A stretch of DNA of 63,520 nucleotides, filler included, from Rhabdomonas costata (Eukaryota): the NCBI GenBank assembly GCA_019059605.1. It is 36 parts of 36 records of this genome, joined end to end, with 100 filler letters (N's around TTAATTAATTAA, not from the genome) between each part and the next. Parts side by side here need not be neighbours in the genome. Positions count along the whole stretch, not along the records: positions 61,856 to 63,520 come from JAHMHO010011017.1; 35 more parts are not named here. One strand, 5' to 3'. This document shows positions 62,690 through 63,520 of this stretch, in pieces. Within the stretch, counting starts at the first letter, position 1, and each line of letters starts with the position of its first letter. The notes beneath the pieces were generated by a model. The model saw nothing but the letters and a program-made list of their open reading frames with translations, was not told where the DNA came from and ran no database searches. Both the position numbers and the translations under genes were made by a program.

Positions 62690-63471
62690 TCAGCTTAGTT
62701 CCCAAGAAGCCCTCCACAGACCACACAGGCTCAGGGAGTTGGCAGCGGCATGAACAGCGGGCTGGCTCCGAACAGGGCCAGGCCGTGGAGGCACACCCCC
62801 AGAAAGTAGGTCTGGCACAGCCGGGAGGCATCCGTGTCGAAGACCATAAAGTGGGCCACCACCCAGCCCTGTGGGGAGGCAATGGGTCTCACGGGGAGAG
62901 GGGGGGGGTTGATCGCACCGTGCACCGTCAGCTGGGAACATGTGGTGTTTCATCTCCACACAGTACCTACACTATCATGTCTTTGATATATTTTCCTTAT
63001 TGTTACTTCTTTCTCTCTTTCTCTCTTTCGTTTCTCCGTCGCAGGGCAAGGGCTAATCCTGAAAAAATCCCGTCTTTGAAGTTTTGTGAGTTTGTGATTT
63101 TTATGCATGAGGAACAGCAAGTGGAATAATTGGTAGACGCGTTCACACCGCCCAAGAAAAAACAGAACAAGAGTGGCGTGGTGATGCACTCCAGCAGTGG
63201 GAGGGGATGTGGTGGTGGATAGGGCTACTGATACCCAGTAGTAGTGGTGGAGATGGATCTTCGTTCCCGGCGCCGTCGCGGCGAGCGCGTGGAAGGCTAC
63301 TGCGGCCACCATGGCGGAGCCGTACGCCAGCTGGGCCGCTCTGCCCATGGACTTGTGGGCAAGAATGAGGTGATACGACACTACTAGCACCAGCACACAC
63401 AGCACCAGGGGGACCACGATCAGCCCATTCCTGTCCTCGGGGCGCAGAGTAGCCTTAATGTTGGGGCTCAC
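62690..63471 (-). CDS. Multi-pass membrane protein with an HLHHYYWG motif, last two exons
   Basis: Hydrophobic helices, then KIHLHHYYW|GWVVAHFMVFDTDASRLCQTYFLGVCLHGLALFGASPLF, joined by a phase-0 GT-AG intron. Confidence 0.75.
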
Positions 63472-63520
63472 CTGTGTGAGGGGTATGGAAGCAAGGAAAG
63501 GAGGACAGACACACAAACAA

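Overview
This window is not a contiguous locus. It is an artificial pseudo-scaffold of 36 unrelated contigs of about 1.66-1.68 kb, joined by 35 identical 100-nt spacers (N44-TTAATTAATTAA-N44, stops in all six frames), so adjacency across spacers means nothing. Most contig ends carry G/T-only (5') or C/A-only (3') tails, and three ends are fold-back inversions, which points to whole-genome amplification. The DNA is from an intron-rich eukaryote, probably a flagellated protist; a euglenozoan, possibly a euglenid, is my inference. Exons are short and GC3-rich and most introns are GT-AG. Hand-splicing gave fragments of kinesin, an SLC35E/URGT-type transporter, PDRG1, Oxa1/YidC/COX18, a GAIN/GPS protein, soluble-type and receptor (TM-HAMP) adenylate cyclases, a Cache sensor domain, a two-Cys glutathione peroxidase-like enzyme, a Ser/Thr kinase, a GT71 mannosyltransferase, cullin, PFK-2/FBPase-2, a 39-aa helical-repeat protein, and C2, WD40 and LRR proteins. 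There are decayed Ty3/Gypsy pieces and weaker RNase H and tyrosine-recombinase relics. I found no convincing new multi-gene system. The best leads are candidate non-GT splice donors (GG, GA, GC) with normal AG acceptors, the 39-aa repeat protein, and a CpG-poor, TpA-rich retroelement relic. All family calls are motif recognition by eye; no database search was run.
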